A DNA stretch of 64,000 nt from Planktothrix tepida (lineage in GTDB: Bacteria > Cyanobacteriota > Cyanobacteriia > Cyanobacteriales > Microcoleaceae), in NCBI RefSeq assembly GCF_904830955.1, contig NZ_LR882970.1; one strand, 5' to 3'. The position numbers were made by a program, and so were the translations under genes. Below, piece by piece: positions 1 to 9,254 of this stretch; the stretch's first letter is position 1, and the number at the start of each line of letters is the position of its first letter. A model generated the notes under the pieces. The model saw only the letters and a program-made list of their open reading frames with translations, was not told where the DNA came from and ran no database searches.

Positions 1-129
1 ATCTTATCTTAACGGGATCTTCCTCTAGTCTCCAATTATTCTCTCTTGATTTTGATAAATTGCCGATCATTAAACCTTGACTAGACTGGAATTTCCCAGT
101 TTTGAACAGATGCTGAGGCGCAATTAGAA

Positions 130-507
130 ATGTTCCAGATTCCTTTACCCTCAACCTTACCCATCAGTCGATTATTTACAGCCTTCTTAGTTCTTCCCCT
201 CGTGATGTTTCATAGTCAGCGCGCGATCGCTGATAAGTCGGATTTTGTGATTGCCAATAACAGTAGTAAAATGGTAACAGAACTCTATCTGTCTGATTCG
301 AGCCTTGATAATTGGGAATACGACATTTTGCAAACCGATGTGTTACCAACAGGGCAAAGTGTTCAAGTTTTATTCTCTGATCCAAACTCGGCTCGGTGTT
401 TTTACGATATTCGTGCTGTATTTGCTGATGGGCAAATCTTGGAAGACTACCAGATTAATGTTTGTAGGAATAATCTTTACACCTTTGTTGATCCTACTCA
501 AACCTGA
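130..507 (+). CDS. hypothetical secreted protein (N-terminal signal peptide, Cys-containing)
   Basis: ORF with hydrophobic N-terminus LPISRLFTAFLVLPLVMF followed by AIA cleavage-like site; no recognizable family. Confidence 0.5.
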   Translation: MFQIPLPSTLPISRLFTAFLVLPLVMFHSQRAIADKSDFVIANNSSKMVTELYLSDSSLDNWEYDILQTDVLPTGQSVQVLFSDPNSARCFYDIRAVFADGQILEDYQINVCRNNLYTFVDPTQT

Positions 508-563
508 GATTAATTGTTTTAGATTTGAGTCATTAATGTTAACTCATTGTTTCAAAAATCCCT

Positions 564-1043
564 ATGATTCATCACCTTTCTATTCCAGCTAAAAATCCCC
601 GTCAAGTCGCTGAAGTTCTAGCCCAGATTTCTCAAGGAAAATTTGCTCCTTTTCCCCCCCACCCCGGTAGTTATTTTGTGTTAATGTTAGATGAATATGG
701 AACCGCCATTGAGGTCTATCCCTTCGGCACAGAATTAACACCGGGAACCGGATATCAAGATGTTCTATTTACCCATAATGCTTGGGGTTCTAACTATAGT
801 GCAACCCATCTGGCTCTTTCTGTTCCCATTACTCAAGAGGAAATTGAAGCTATTGCAGCAGAAAACGAATGGCGAGCGGTTCGCTGTAATCGAGAAAATG
901 CGTTTGATGTGATAGAATTTTGGGTAGAAAATCAATTTTTAATTGAACTTTTACCTCCAGAATTTGCCCAGAAATATTTATCCTTTATGCAACCCCATCA
1001 AATTGAGCAATTTCTAGCGGCTGCTACTGTTTCGACACCTTGA
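564..1043 (+). CDS. hypothetical protein, possibly glyoxalase/VOC-like fold
   Basis: 159-aa ORF, N-terminal MIHHLSIPA reminiscent of VOC family starts; weak. Confidence 0.45.
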   Translation: MIHHLSIPAKNPRQVAEVLAQISQGKFAPFPPHPGSYFVLMLDEYGTAIEVYPFGTELTPGTGYQDVLFTHNAWGSNYSATHLALSVPITQEEIEAIAAENEWRAVRCNRENAFDVIEFWVENQFLIELLPPEFAQKYLSFMQPHQIEQFLAAATVSTP

Positions 1044-1044
1044 A

Positions 1045-1093
1045 TCAGTTATCAGTTATCAGTTATCAGTTATCAGTTATCAGTTATCAGTTC
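1045..1093. repeat. heptanucleotide tandem repeat (CAGTTAT)x7, STRR-like
   Basis: perfect tandem heptamers immediately 3' of the 564..1043 ORF. Confidence 0.9.
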
Positions 1094-1118
1094 AGGAGTT
1101 AACAATACAATAGTATTG

Positions 1119-1877
1119 CTATTCTTTTAACCCTTGTTTTAAATCCATTGCTAATTTATTAAAGCTTAATTGGGAAAAGGTTCCTGTAAAAACCCATTGT
1201 CTAACAACTAACCCTAACCAAATTCCGGCTAAAAAAATCAGCCAAAACATTAGGGGAGATTGAAATTCCAAGCCGCTTTTTAAGTTCATCCCAAATACAC
1301 AGGAAATAGCCGTAAGCGGAAAGAAAATTGCAGCTAAAGTATTGAGCCGATTTCCAGCTTTAGCAGCGGCTTCTGTTTCAGTTGCGATTTTAAAATCCAG
1401 GGCATTTTTTGTGTTAATATAAAGAATATCTAACGTGCGTTCAATTTCATAAGCCCAATCTCTTAAATCCAGAATATCTCGATCTTGAGGAATTGCTTCT
1501 CTGGCTGTTTGTAACGTGGCGTGTAAGTTTTCTGTCGCTAACTGTAGGGGGGTAATAGCCTCTAAAAGGTTAAAATAATCCTCTGCGGTTTTAGCAATAT
1601 TATAAAATTGATTTAAGTCTTCTTCGGCTGAATGATACTCTTTCAAATGATTGGTTAATTGTTGAAACGCTACACCCCCTTTACTGCATTCCCAACGACC
1701 ATCGGGTCTACGCCAAAATAATACCCCTTCTCGATGGCGCTCGCCCGGTTTGGGAACTTTATGTAATACTAATAACAGATTCTCATCGGCTATCATCGCC
1801 CGTTGTTTACCAAAACTTTTTTGACCAAAGCGATCGCGAAGTGTTGCGGGAAGATTCCAAGTTGAGGGTAATTTCAT
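1119..1877 (-). CDS. CorA-family divalent cation (Mg2+/Co2+) transporter-like protein
   Basis: C-terminal two TM helices with GMN signature (VFGMNLK) between them; longer ORF to 1961 adds an N-terminal extension encoded by the GGGAACA repeat (LFPVPSS), so start at internal Met 1877 preferred. Confidence 0.65.
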   Translation of the reverse strand: MKLPSTWNLPATLRDRFGQKSFGKQRAMIADENLLLVLHKVPKPGERHREGVLFWRRPDGRWECSKGGVAFQQLTNHLKEYHSAEEDLNQFYNIAKTAEDYFNLLEAITPLQLATENLHATLQTAREAIPQDRDILDLRDWAYEIERTLDILYINTKNALDFKIATETEAAAKAGNRLNTLAAIFFPLTAISCVFGMNLKSGLEFQSPLMFWLIFLAGIWLGLVVRQWVFTGTFSQLSFNKLAMDLKQGLKE

Positions 1878-1886
1878 AAGAGAGGA

Positions 1887-1915
1887 GGGAACAGGGAACA
1901 GGGAACAGGGAACAG
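1887..1915. repeat. heptanucleotide tandem repeat (GGGAACA)x4
   Basis: direct reading of sequence; same unit recurs at 2723-2750. Confidence 0.9.
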
Positions 1916-2061
1916 AAAAGAAGAGTTTACTTTTTAAGTTTGCTGTATTAGTTTTTGTCAATCACCGTATTTACAGAACTGCTTAATTTAAGGGTTATCT
2001 ATTGACAGTTCAGGGTTAACAGCAAATTGTAAACTGTCAACAGATAATAGCCTCCTAAAAC

Positions 2062-2583
2062 CTATTTTTTATCTTTTTTTCCGGGAGCATTTTCGGGTTT
2101 AGCTTCAGCATCAGAAGACTTTAAAGCTTCATCTAAAATCGCTCTGGCTTCTTCGGCTTTTGCTCTAGCTTCTCGATATCGCAGATTAGAAACCGCGAAA
2201 TTTTTTAACACCTTAAACCCATCTTTTAATTCGGTTACTTCTTCTACTGTTACAGGTTGATCTGTAAACAAAATATCAATGGCTTCTCGTACTTTTAAGG
2301 CTTCTTCCCGTGAGTCCATTACTTTCAATTTCAACGAAGCCAAATTACTCAAAATCTGCACAGCTTCAGAAATGGCATCTTCTTCTTCAACGGGGGTATC
2401 ATCGGGTTCTTTGACTTCGATAAACTGTTGAGGACTAAAGCCTTCATCTAATTCCGTTGGCAGTTTACCTGCATCCATCAATTCCATCAGTTTGTCCATC
2501 GCTTTCTCACGCGCTTGGGATGAATCTTTACCTCGGACGGTGAGAACGATTTCTGGACTTTGAGCAAGGGTGTAGCGAACCAT
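2062..2583 (-). CDS. hypothetical acidic protein (conserved-looking, no family recognized)
   Basis: 173-aa ORF, highly charged/acidic, C-terminal Lys-rich tail. Confidence 0.55.
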   Translation of the reverse strand: MVRYTLAQSPEIVLTVRGKDSSQAREKAMDKLMELMDAGKLPTELDEGFSPQQFIEVKEPDDTPVEEEDAISEAVQILSNLASLKLKVMDSREEALKVREAIDILFTDQPVTVEEVTELKDGFKVLKNFAVSNLRYREARAKAEEARAILDEALKSSDAEAKPENAPGKKDKK

Positions 2584-2722
2584 ATTGACACAGACTGCCT
2601 ATGATAACTCTTGACTTCTATTGTAGCAAAGGTTCGGTTCAGATTAGGTTAAGCTTGTCTACAAATTGTGAATTAATATTTGCAAAAAGAACCCTTTGAT
2701 GCTTAAAATATACAAGACAATA

Positions 2723-2830
2723 GGGAACAGGGAACAGGGAACAGGGAACAGCAAATAGAGAATAGGCAATAGGCACTCTTGCAATAGGCACTCTTGCAAT
2801 AGACACTCTTGCAATAGGCAATAGGGAAAT
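2723..2830. repeat. compound tandem repeat: (GGGAACA)x4 followed by ~18-bp unit GCAATAGGCACTCTT... x4
   Basis: direct reading; generates spurious ORF 2639..2821 (MPIARVSIARVPIARVPIA). Confidence 0.85.
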
Positions 2831-2941
2831 TTAGATTTTACGGTTTAGGGTTGATGATTAATCTGGGCTTTAAGCGTTAGGAGCGACTGATAAAGGTTTA
2901 AGATTAAATGAGTTAATCTAATTTTGAGTTGAGTTGGGACG

Positions 2942-3199
2942 ATGAAAGAACAATTGATCAAATGGTTAAATCGAATTTTAGTGGCGGATGTCTTTTTAGT
3001 ATTATTCAGTTTTTTTTGGCTAGTAATTGCGGTTTTAGGACATTCTTTTAAAGTAAATCTAGGCTTAGATTTATGGTACAAACTCTGGGAACCTGTGTTT
3101 ACTCCCGCCATTGGAATTTTAATGGGCGGGGCGATTCTCAGTTGGGCTATTAGTAAAGTTAACCAATTATTTTTTAGCCCCAAATCTGATGAATTCTGA
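2942..3199 (+). CDS. small membrane protein (2 TM helices), hypothetical
   Basis: 85-aa ORF with two clear hydrophobic helices; preferred over overlapping minus ORF 2845..3183 which is low-complexity. Confidence 0.5.
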   Translation: MKEQLIKWLNRILVADVFLVLFSFFWLVIAVLGHSFKVNLGLDLWYKLWEPVFTPAIGILMGGAILSWAISKVNQLFFSPKSDEF

Positions 3200-3205
3200 A
3201 GAATA

Positions 3206-3258
3206 GGTTGGGTTTAGCAATTGTGAAACCCAACCCTTTAAACAATTTCTGATTTCTT
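3206..3258. terminator. stem-loop GGTTGGGTTT-N10-AAACCCAACC with flanking T/A-rich tracts; candidate bidirectional terminator
   Basis: 10-bp perfect inverted repeat between convergent small ORFs. Confidence 0.35.
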
Positions 3259-3263
3259 GAAGA

Positions 3264-3359
3264 TTAAGGAATAATCAAGAAAATTCCCCAAGCGAGAAAA
3301 GACAAAATCAACAAAAAACTAACTCGCCAGTACAATCGCTCCCGTTCGTATTTTTGCAT
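3264..3359 (-). CDS. candidate small ORF, 31-aa hydrophobic peptide MQKYERERLYWRVSFLLILSFLAWGIFLIIP
   Basis: not in ORF track (short); ATG preceded by canonical AAGGAGA Shine-Dalgarno 9 nt upstream; single TM helix. Confidence 0.3.
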   Translation of the reverse strand: MQKYERERLYWRVSFLLILSFLAWGIFLIIP

Positions 3360-3375
3360 GGCTTAAAATCTCCTT

Positions 3376-3415
3376 AAAATCTAAGAAGAGTTGGGTTAAA
3401 GTTAATCACCCAACC
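3376..3415 (-). terminator. stem-loop GTTGGGT-N11-ACCCAAC followed on minus strand by UCUUCUUAGAUUUU; candidate terminator after gatB
   Basis: inverted repeat directly downstream of gatB stop, related in sequence to hairpin at 3206-3235. Confidence 0.35.
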
Positions 3416-3427
3416 TTCAGACGTTTC

Positions 3428-4918
3428 TTATTTTTTTAACTTTTCCCCTAAGAGTTGATTCGTGAGTTTAGGATCAGCTTTTCCTGACGTTTTCTTCATA
3501 ATTTGACCCACAAAAAACCCTTGAAGTTTAGTTTTTCCCGCATGATATTGTTCGAGTTCTTTGGGATTTTCGGCTAAAACTTGATCGATAATTTCTTCTA
3601 AAGCTTTAGGATCGGATAATTGAATTAATCCTTTCGCTTCCACTAAAGCTTTAGGAGAACCTCCTTTTGCCAATAATTCCGGTAAAATATCTTTAGCAAT
3701 TTTACCACTAATCGTTCCGGCTTCAATTAAGGCAATTAACTCCGCTAATTCTTGGGGTTTGAGGGCAATTTCAGTGATACTGCATTTTTCGTTTTTTAGA
3801 TAGGCGGTAATATCCCCCATAATCCAGTTTACCGCTTGTTTAATATTAGCACCTGCGGCAATAGTTGCTTCAAAATATTCAGAAACCGGACGATCATCCG
3901 TTAAAACACGAGTATCATAGGGGGATAATCCTAATTCTGTTTCATAGCGATGACGTTTGGCGGCTGGGAGTTCAGGTAATTGCGATTGCCAAGTTTTTAA
4001 TTGTTCAACAGACACTTCAATCGGGGGAAGATCGGGTTCAGGAAAATAGCGATAATCGCTTGATCCTTCCTTCGTTCTCATACTAATAGTTCGTTGACTT
4101 CCTTCTTCCCATAAGCGAGTTTCTTGAATAATTTTTTCTCCCGCTTCTATGGCTGCAATTTGCCGTTCTATTTCATGATCAATCGCCCGTTGAATGGCAC
4201 TAAAAGAGTTCATATTTTTAATTTCAACTTTCGTTCCAAACTCTTTTTGACCCACGGGACGCACGGAAATATTCACATCACAGCGCAGGGAACCTTCCTG
4301 CATATTGCCATCACTCACGCCTAAATACCGCATAATTCGACGCAATTCTTGGGCGTATTCAGCCGCTTCTTGTCCAGAACGAATATCCGGTTCAGACACA
4401 ATTTCAACTAAAGCAATTCCCGCCCGATTATAATCAACCATAGAATAGGTTGAACCGGAAAGGCGATCGCTTCCACCATGAACTAATTTCCCCGCATCTT
4501 CCTCCATGTGTAAGCGAGTAATGCCGATAATTTTGCGTCTTGAACTGCCATCTTCCTCAACAATTTCAATTTCTAATTGACCCTTTGCGGCAATCGGTAA
4601 ATCATATTGAGAAATTTGATAATTTTTAGGCAAATCAGGATAAAAATATTGTTTGCGATCAAATTTACTGTAAGCAGCAATTTCACAATTAAGGGCTAAC
4701 CCAGCTTTTACGGCATATTCTAAGACTTTTTCATTTAACACCGGGAGGACACCGGGTAATCCCATACAAATGGGATCAATATTCATATTGGGATCAGCCC
4801 CAAATTTCGTGGAAGAATTGGAGAAAATCTTAGTTTCCGTACTCAGTTGACAATGGGTTTCTAACCCAATAATCGCTTCATACTTCGTTGTAACAGGTGC
4901 AGTAGCGGTCATAGACAT
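3428..4918 (-). CDS. gatB: Asp-tRNA(Asn)/Glu-tRNA(Gln) amidotransferase subunit B
   Basis: 496 aa; N-terminal [10 protein letters not shown]...KIFS and overall GatB architecture incl. C-terminal GatB/YqeY domain. Confidence 0.93.
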   Translation of the reverse strand: MSMTATAPVTTKYEAIIGLETHCQLSTETKIFSNSSTKFGADPNMNIDPICMGLPGVLPVLNEKVLEYAVKAGLALNCEIAAYSKFDRKQYFYPDLPKNYQISQYDLPIAAKGQLEIEIVEEDGSSRRKIIGITRLHMEEDAGKLVHGGSDRLSGSTYSMVDYNRAGIALVEIVSEPDIRSGQEAAEYAQELRRIMRYLGVSDGNMQEGSLRCDVNISVRPVGQKEFGTKVEIKNMNSFSAIQRAIDHEIERQIAAIEAGEKIIQETRLWEEGSQRTISMRTKEGSSDYRYFPEPDLPPIEVSVEQLKTWQSQLPELPAAKRHRYETELGLSPYDTRVLTDDRPVSEYFEATIAAGANIKQAVNWIMGDITAYLKNEKCSITEIALKPQELAELIALIEAGTISGKIAKDILPELLAKGGSPKALVEAKGLIQLSDPKALEEIIDQVLAENPKELEQYHAGKTKLQGFFVGQIMKKTSGKADPKLTNQLLGEKLKK

Positions 4919-5076
4919 TCATCAGACTTTTGTTAACAGCTATTCCCTATTGTATATTTTTTTTGTTGCTCTGAGTCTGTCAGACGATGGATAATGGCTT
5001 AATTTTATCTAAAAATAGGTTTTAATCAACAAAACAGGGTAAAATCTTATTCTTAAGCTGAGTTTTATCTTTTATA

Positions 5077-6099
5077 ATGCCAATTTCAAATTCTTCCTTC
5101 GTATCATCAGAGGAGTACATCCGAGTTAACCCTCGCTTAACAATTGAAACTTTTCGGGAAAAATGCCCGGTTACGGCTGGAGAGGACGTGATCAAAGGGC
5201 TAACTCAAACTCCCAAAACCTTACCGCCTAAATATTTTTATGATGATCAGGGATCATTATTGTTTGAGAAAATTTGTGAGTTACCTGAATATTATTTAAC
5301 CCGCACAGAAACTAAAATTTTACAAGATTATGCCTCGGAAATTGCCCATTTAACAGGCCCTTGTGAAGTTGTAGAATTAGGAAGTGGGAGTTCTACAAAA
5401 ACTCGAATTCTATTAGACGCTTATCAAGAGTTAGGTCATCCCTTACATTATTTACCCATTGATATTAGTGGGGGAATTTTAGAACAAAGTGCCTATTCTC
5501 TCCTGGAAGATTATCCCACGCTGCATATTCATGGGATTGTTAGTACCTATGAAACAGCCTTGAAGCATCTCAATTCTTCTCCTTTACCATCACGAATGAT
5601 CGGTTTTATTGGGAGTACATTAGGCAATTTAAAACCCGAAGAATGCCATGTTTTTTTTGCCCATGTTGTTGAAGCGTTGCAGCCCGGAGATTATTTTTTA
5701 TTAGGGGTAGATTTACATAAATCTAAGTCGATTTTAGAACCTGCTTATGATGATAGTCAAGGGGTGACGGCTGCTTTTAACTTAAATATGTTGCGACATT
5801 TAAACCGTTTGTTTGAAGGAAATTTTAAGATTGAGCAATTTGAACATTTAGCCTTTTACAATGACACGAAGCATCAAATTGAAATGCACTTAAAAAGTTT
5901 GCGATCGCAAATCGTTGAACTTAAAACCCTGAATTTAACCCTTGAATTTGCAGAAGGGGAAACGATTCATACGGAAATTTCTCGTAAATTTCAATTTGAA
6001 CAAATTCAAGAGGAATTACAAACCCTAGGATTAGTTTCATTAAAGAATTGGACAGATGAAAATCAATATTTGGGTTTAATCTTGTATCAATTGCAATAG
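5077..6099 (+). CDS. egtD: L-histidine N-alpha-methyltransferase-like (EgtD/Methyltransf_33 family)
   Basis: YFYDDQGSLLFEKICELPEYYLTRTE motif and GSGSSTKT SAM-binding stretch typical of EgtD-type methyltransferases; no egtB adjacent. Confidence 0.65.
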   Translation: MPISNSSFVSSEEYIRVNPRLTIETFREKCPVTAGEDVIKGLTQTPKTLPPKYFYDDQGSLLFEKICELPEYYLTRTETKILQDYASEIAHLTGPCEVVELGSGSSTKTRILLDAYQELGHPLHYLPIDISGGILEQSAYSLLEDYPTLHIHGIVSTYETALKHLNSSPLPSRMIGFIGSTLGNLKPEECHVFFAHVVEALQPGDYFLLGVDLHKSKSILEPAYDDSQGVTAAFNLNMLRHLNRLFEGNFKIEQFEHLAFYNDTKHQIEMHLKSLRSQIVELKTLNLTLEFAEGETIHTEISRKFQFEQIQEELQTLGLVSLKNWTDENQYLGLILYQLQ

Positions 6100-6100
6100 A

Positions 6101-6162
6101 CAGTTATCAGTTATCAGTTGTCAGTTGTCAGTTGTCAGTTATCAGTTGTCAGTTATCAGTTA
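6101..6162. repeat. heptanucleotide tandem repeat (CAGTTAT/CAGTTGT)x9
   Basis: direct reading, immediately 3' of egtD-like gene. Confidence 0.9.
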
Positions 6163-6198
6163 ATAATTATTGACTAAAGTTTGAAAATAAGTTGCTGA

Positions 6199-7509
6199 TC
6201 ACTTGTTTTTTATCCAATCTTCGCCGACTCGAATGGTTAAATCTGAACCCAATTCTCCTGTGGCAGAGGCTTTAATTTCTCCTAAGCCAAGGGCTTTTTG
6301 CATCAATTTTGCCGCGCCTAAGTCTCCGCCTTGAACAATAATTTGGGTTTGCAATTGTGGGGTTGATTCAATAGGGGCTAAATAAACTTGATTAAATCCT
6401 TGATTGGATAAAAAGTTAAGCATTTTTTCAGCCCCAGTAGAATGACCAGAGGCATTTTGAACCGCAATTTTTAAATCTTTGGATAAACGGTCATAAGCAG
6501 ACGGTTCATAGGAACTTTTTAAGGTGTATCCTGTTGAATCTAAACGGAAATATTGATACATTACCCGATCGCGTCCCTGTTCATCCAGGAACCAATAACT
6601 ACTATTAGAATCTTCCTGAGAACTAGAACGACCGGGTAACATCACCATTTTAAAATTCTGGGGTTCCAGATTCAAACCAAAATTAACTAAGGTTAAAATT
6701 TCTTCAAAACTCAAATTAGTATCAATATATTTTTGCATAATCCGAATAATTTCAGGAACACGCGGTAAAACCGTCGGATCTTTGAGTCGAACTAAAATTG
6801 CTTCCATTAACGCTTGTTGACGCTGAACACGACCTAAATCTCCATAACCATCACCCCGAAAGCGCACAAATTGATCCGCTTGTTCTCCATTAATAGTTTG
6901 CCAACCGGGTGCTAAATCAATTTTTAATTGCTGAGTTTTATCTTGATAGGACATCGGTTGAGGAATATAAACTTCTACTCCTCCTAAAAAATCCACTAAT
7001 TCTCGAAATGCACCGCTACTTACACGAACATAACGGTTAACTTCAACTTTGTTTAACGTATTTTGAATTACCTGTTGTGCTAATTGAGCACCCCCCCAAT
7101 AATTCGCCTCATTAATTTTTCCAGTTCCATAACCTGGAATTTCAACTTGAGTATCACGGGGAATAGATAATAAACTCACGGATTTATCTTGGGGTTCAAA
7201 ACCTACTAATAACACCGTATCACTCCGACCTTTAAAAACATCGGGGGATGCTGAATCTTGATTAAGATTGCCATCAATTCCCAACACCAAAATATTAACC
7301 GAACGAGATAAATTATATTTAAACCGATGTCGCCATAGCCCATCTAAAATATTTAATTCGGGTTCATTAAAATCAAATTTTTCAGGAGCGAGTAAAGCTG
7401 TCATTGCGCCTAAAATAGCTGAAATACTAGCCAGCAATAAGACTATAAAACTAAAAAATATTAATTGGAGAATTTTGGGTTTTTGACGGTAAGGGAACGG
7501 AGAAGTCAT
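6199..7509 (-). CDS. LCP (LytR-CpsA-Psr) family cell-envelope polymer transferase
   Basis: N-terminal TM, ILVLGIDG...RSDTVLLV LCP motif, C-terminal LytR_C-like domain. Confidence 0.8.
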   Translation of the reverse strand: MTSPFPYRQKPKILQLIFFSFIVLLLASISAILGAMTALLAPEKFDFNEPELNILDGLWRHRFKYNLSRSVNILVLGIDGNLNQDSASPDVFKGRSDTVLLVGFEPQDKSVSLLSIPRDTQVEIPGYGTGKINEANYWGGAQLAQQVIQNTLNKVEVNRYVRVSSGAFRELVDFLGGVEVYIPQPMSYQDKTQQLKIDLAPGWQTINGEQADQFVRFRGDGYGDLGRVQRQQALMEAILVRLKDPTVLPRVPEIIRIMQKYIDTNLSFEEILTLVNFGLNLEPQNFKMVMLPGRSSSQEDSNSSYWFLDEQGRDRVMYQYFRLDSTGYTLKSSYEPSAYDRLSKDLKIAVQNASGHSTGAEKMLNFLSNQGFNQVYLAPIESTPQLQTQIIVQGGDLGAAKLMQKALGLGEIKASATGELGSDLTIRVGEDWIKNK

Positions 7510-7635
7510 AAGCTGATTTAAGGATAGCTTTTCAGGGAAATATAAAAACTGAAAATCTATCGTCTAATAGTCAGGTTCATTTGTCAAGATAATTCAATTA
7601 TCCTCGGTGTTCTCCGTTCCCCTGTGATCAAATTC

Positions 7636-8319
7636 TTAAGATTTTAATTCGGCTTCTTGTAGCCGTTCTAAGGAAATTTTGGCAGCTTCAGCCACTTGCA
7701 GATGACTATCTTTGACTAAATAGTTCAACGCCGAAAGACTTTTGGGTGTCACCAAATGACCTAATGCTTCAGCTAATCGTTGCCGAACTAACCAATCTTC
7801 AGCTTGAGCAAAGCGCAGAATATGATCAACAGATTCAACATCTTTAATTTCTCCGATCGCCGCGATCGCCGCTTGATGTAAAATCACTTCATTACTATTT
7901 AATGCGGCTAATAAAACATCACGGGCGCGAATATCTTTCAGGTTGCCTAAAGAAACTGCCGCACTAAATCGAACCAGCCAATCTGTATCTTCATAAAAAG
8001 CTCTAACTAAAGGTTCAAATGCTCGAATATCTTCTAAATAACCCAAAGCCCCTGCGGCATCAGCCCTGACTCCATAATCGGGATCAGTTTCTAATAGATT
8101 CACCAACAGGGGATAGCATTCGGCTGTGGGTTTAATTCCCAGGGCAAAAACCGCCATTGACCGGACTTGTAAACTGGGATCATTAAGAACTTTTTTAATC
8201 AAAGGAACAGCATCTTCTGGGGGAACTCCCCGCAAAGAAACTAACGCCAATAAGCGATCGCGTAAGTTGTCGCTCTCTAACTGATTTGAAATATTTTCTA
8301 AGTTCAACGGTTGACTCAT
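7636..8319 (-). CDS. HEAT-repeat protein (PBS-lyase HEAT-like repeats)
   Basis: repeated ~30-aa units with D/E-x-V-R-x-x-A-A-x-A-L-G periodicity. Confidence 0.7.
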   Translation of the reverse strand: MSQPLNLENISNQLESDNLRDRLLALVSLRGVPPEDAVPLIKKVLNDPSLQVRSMAVFALGIKPTAECYPLLVNLLETDPDYGVRADAAGALGYLEDIRAFEPLVRAFYEDTDWLVRFSAAVSLGNLKDIRARDVLLAALNSNEVILHQAAIAAIGEIKDVESVDHILRFAQAEDWLVRQRLAEALGHLVTPKSLSALNYLVKDSHLQVAEAAKISLERLQEAELKS

Positions 8320-8472
8320 TCGTAAATCAGGTTCAATTTAATCTTTATTTATTATAATAAGGCAGACTAAAATTTGCAGAACACAAAGTCCCCTAAAGGT
8401 AACTGGATTCTGAATTCCTCTATCAAGGGGAGTTAGACAGATCAACTTTAGCCTAAAACCCCTAAATTTCTC

Positions 8473-9123
8473 TTATTTTTTTTTGACCCTAAACTGTCCC
8501 CAATGTTCTTCACCTTGACGCTTAGAGGTTGAGTTTGTCACGGGATGGAGATCAAGAATATGAAATTTATCTTGAAAATATGCTTGAATTTCCCCAGGTG
8601 TAATCCCAAACGGTGGCCCTCCAGGACGGGAATGGGTAAAAAACAACCCCAACAATTGCCCCTTGGGTTTCAGAATAGACTCAACTAACTGGGCATAATT
8701 TCCTCGTTTTTCGGGGGGAATGGCACAAAAACAAGTATGTTCAACGACATAATCAAATTGTCCTGAAAACTCTTCCGATAATTCAAAAATATCCCGTTGT
8801 AAGAATATTGCTGAGGTGGGTAAATCTTGTCCTGAACCTTTTAAAAGAGACGGTTGAGCTATCAACTTCTGTTGCCAGTTTAAGGCTTCTTCAATTGCAG
8901 AAGTCGCGAAATCAATCCCAACAACATCAAATCCATAACTGGCAAACAACAGCGCCTCATAACCCCTTCCACAGCCTAAAACCGCAGTTTTTCCCGGTGG
9001 TAGGGTGTGAGAAGATTGCAAAAAATCAACAAAGGGGGGTGCTGGTTCTCCTAAGTCCCATCCTGGGGTTCCCTGTTGATAGTGTTCTTCCCAAAAATTG
9101 GGTTCATTAACTGATAAAATCAT
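8473..9123 (-). CDS. thiopurine S-methyltransferase (TPMT) family SAM methyltransferase (thiol/halide methyltransferase-like)
   Basis: N-terminal W..HY..G...WDLG..AP, VLGCGRGYEALLFA glycine-rich SAM motif. Confidence 0.7.
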   Translation of the reverse strand: MILSVNEPNFWEEHYQQGTPGWDLGEPAPPFVDFLQSSHTLPPGKTAVLGCGRGYEALLFASYGFDVVGIDFATSAIEEALNWQQKLIAQPSLLKGSGQDLPTSAIFLQRDIFELSEEFSGQFDYVVEHTCFCAIPPEKRGNYAQLVESILKPKGQLLGLFFTHSRPGGPPFGITPGEIQAYFQDKFHILDLHPVTNSTSKRQGEEHWGQFRVKKK

Positions 9124-9254
9124 AACTATTTATTGTGAAATTGTGTTAAACTCATTAGCGATGAGTCTCCGATAAATGCTGAGTGAGTTTGTGTTGACAT
9201 TTCAAGATTAAAAACCTCGTGTCTTTTGCCACGAACTTTTTTTAGAGTATCACT

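Noticed and set aside
2639-2821. 60-aa ORF MPIARVSIARVPIARVPIA…
   Set aside because: It is entirely encoded by the 18-bp and 7-bp tandem repeats, so it is a low-complexity artefact.
2845-3183. 112-aa minus ORF overlapping the small membrane protein gene
   Set aside because: It is low-complexity and Lys/Thr-rich. The plus-strand ORF has clean TM helices.
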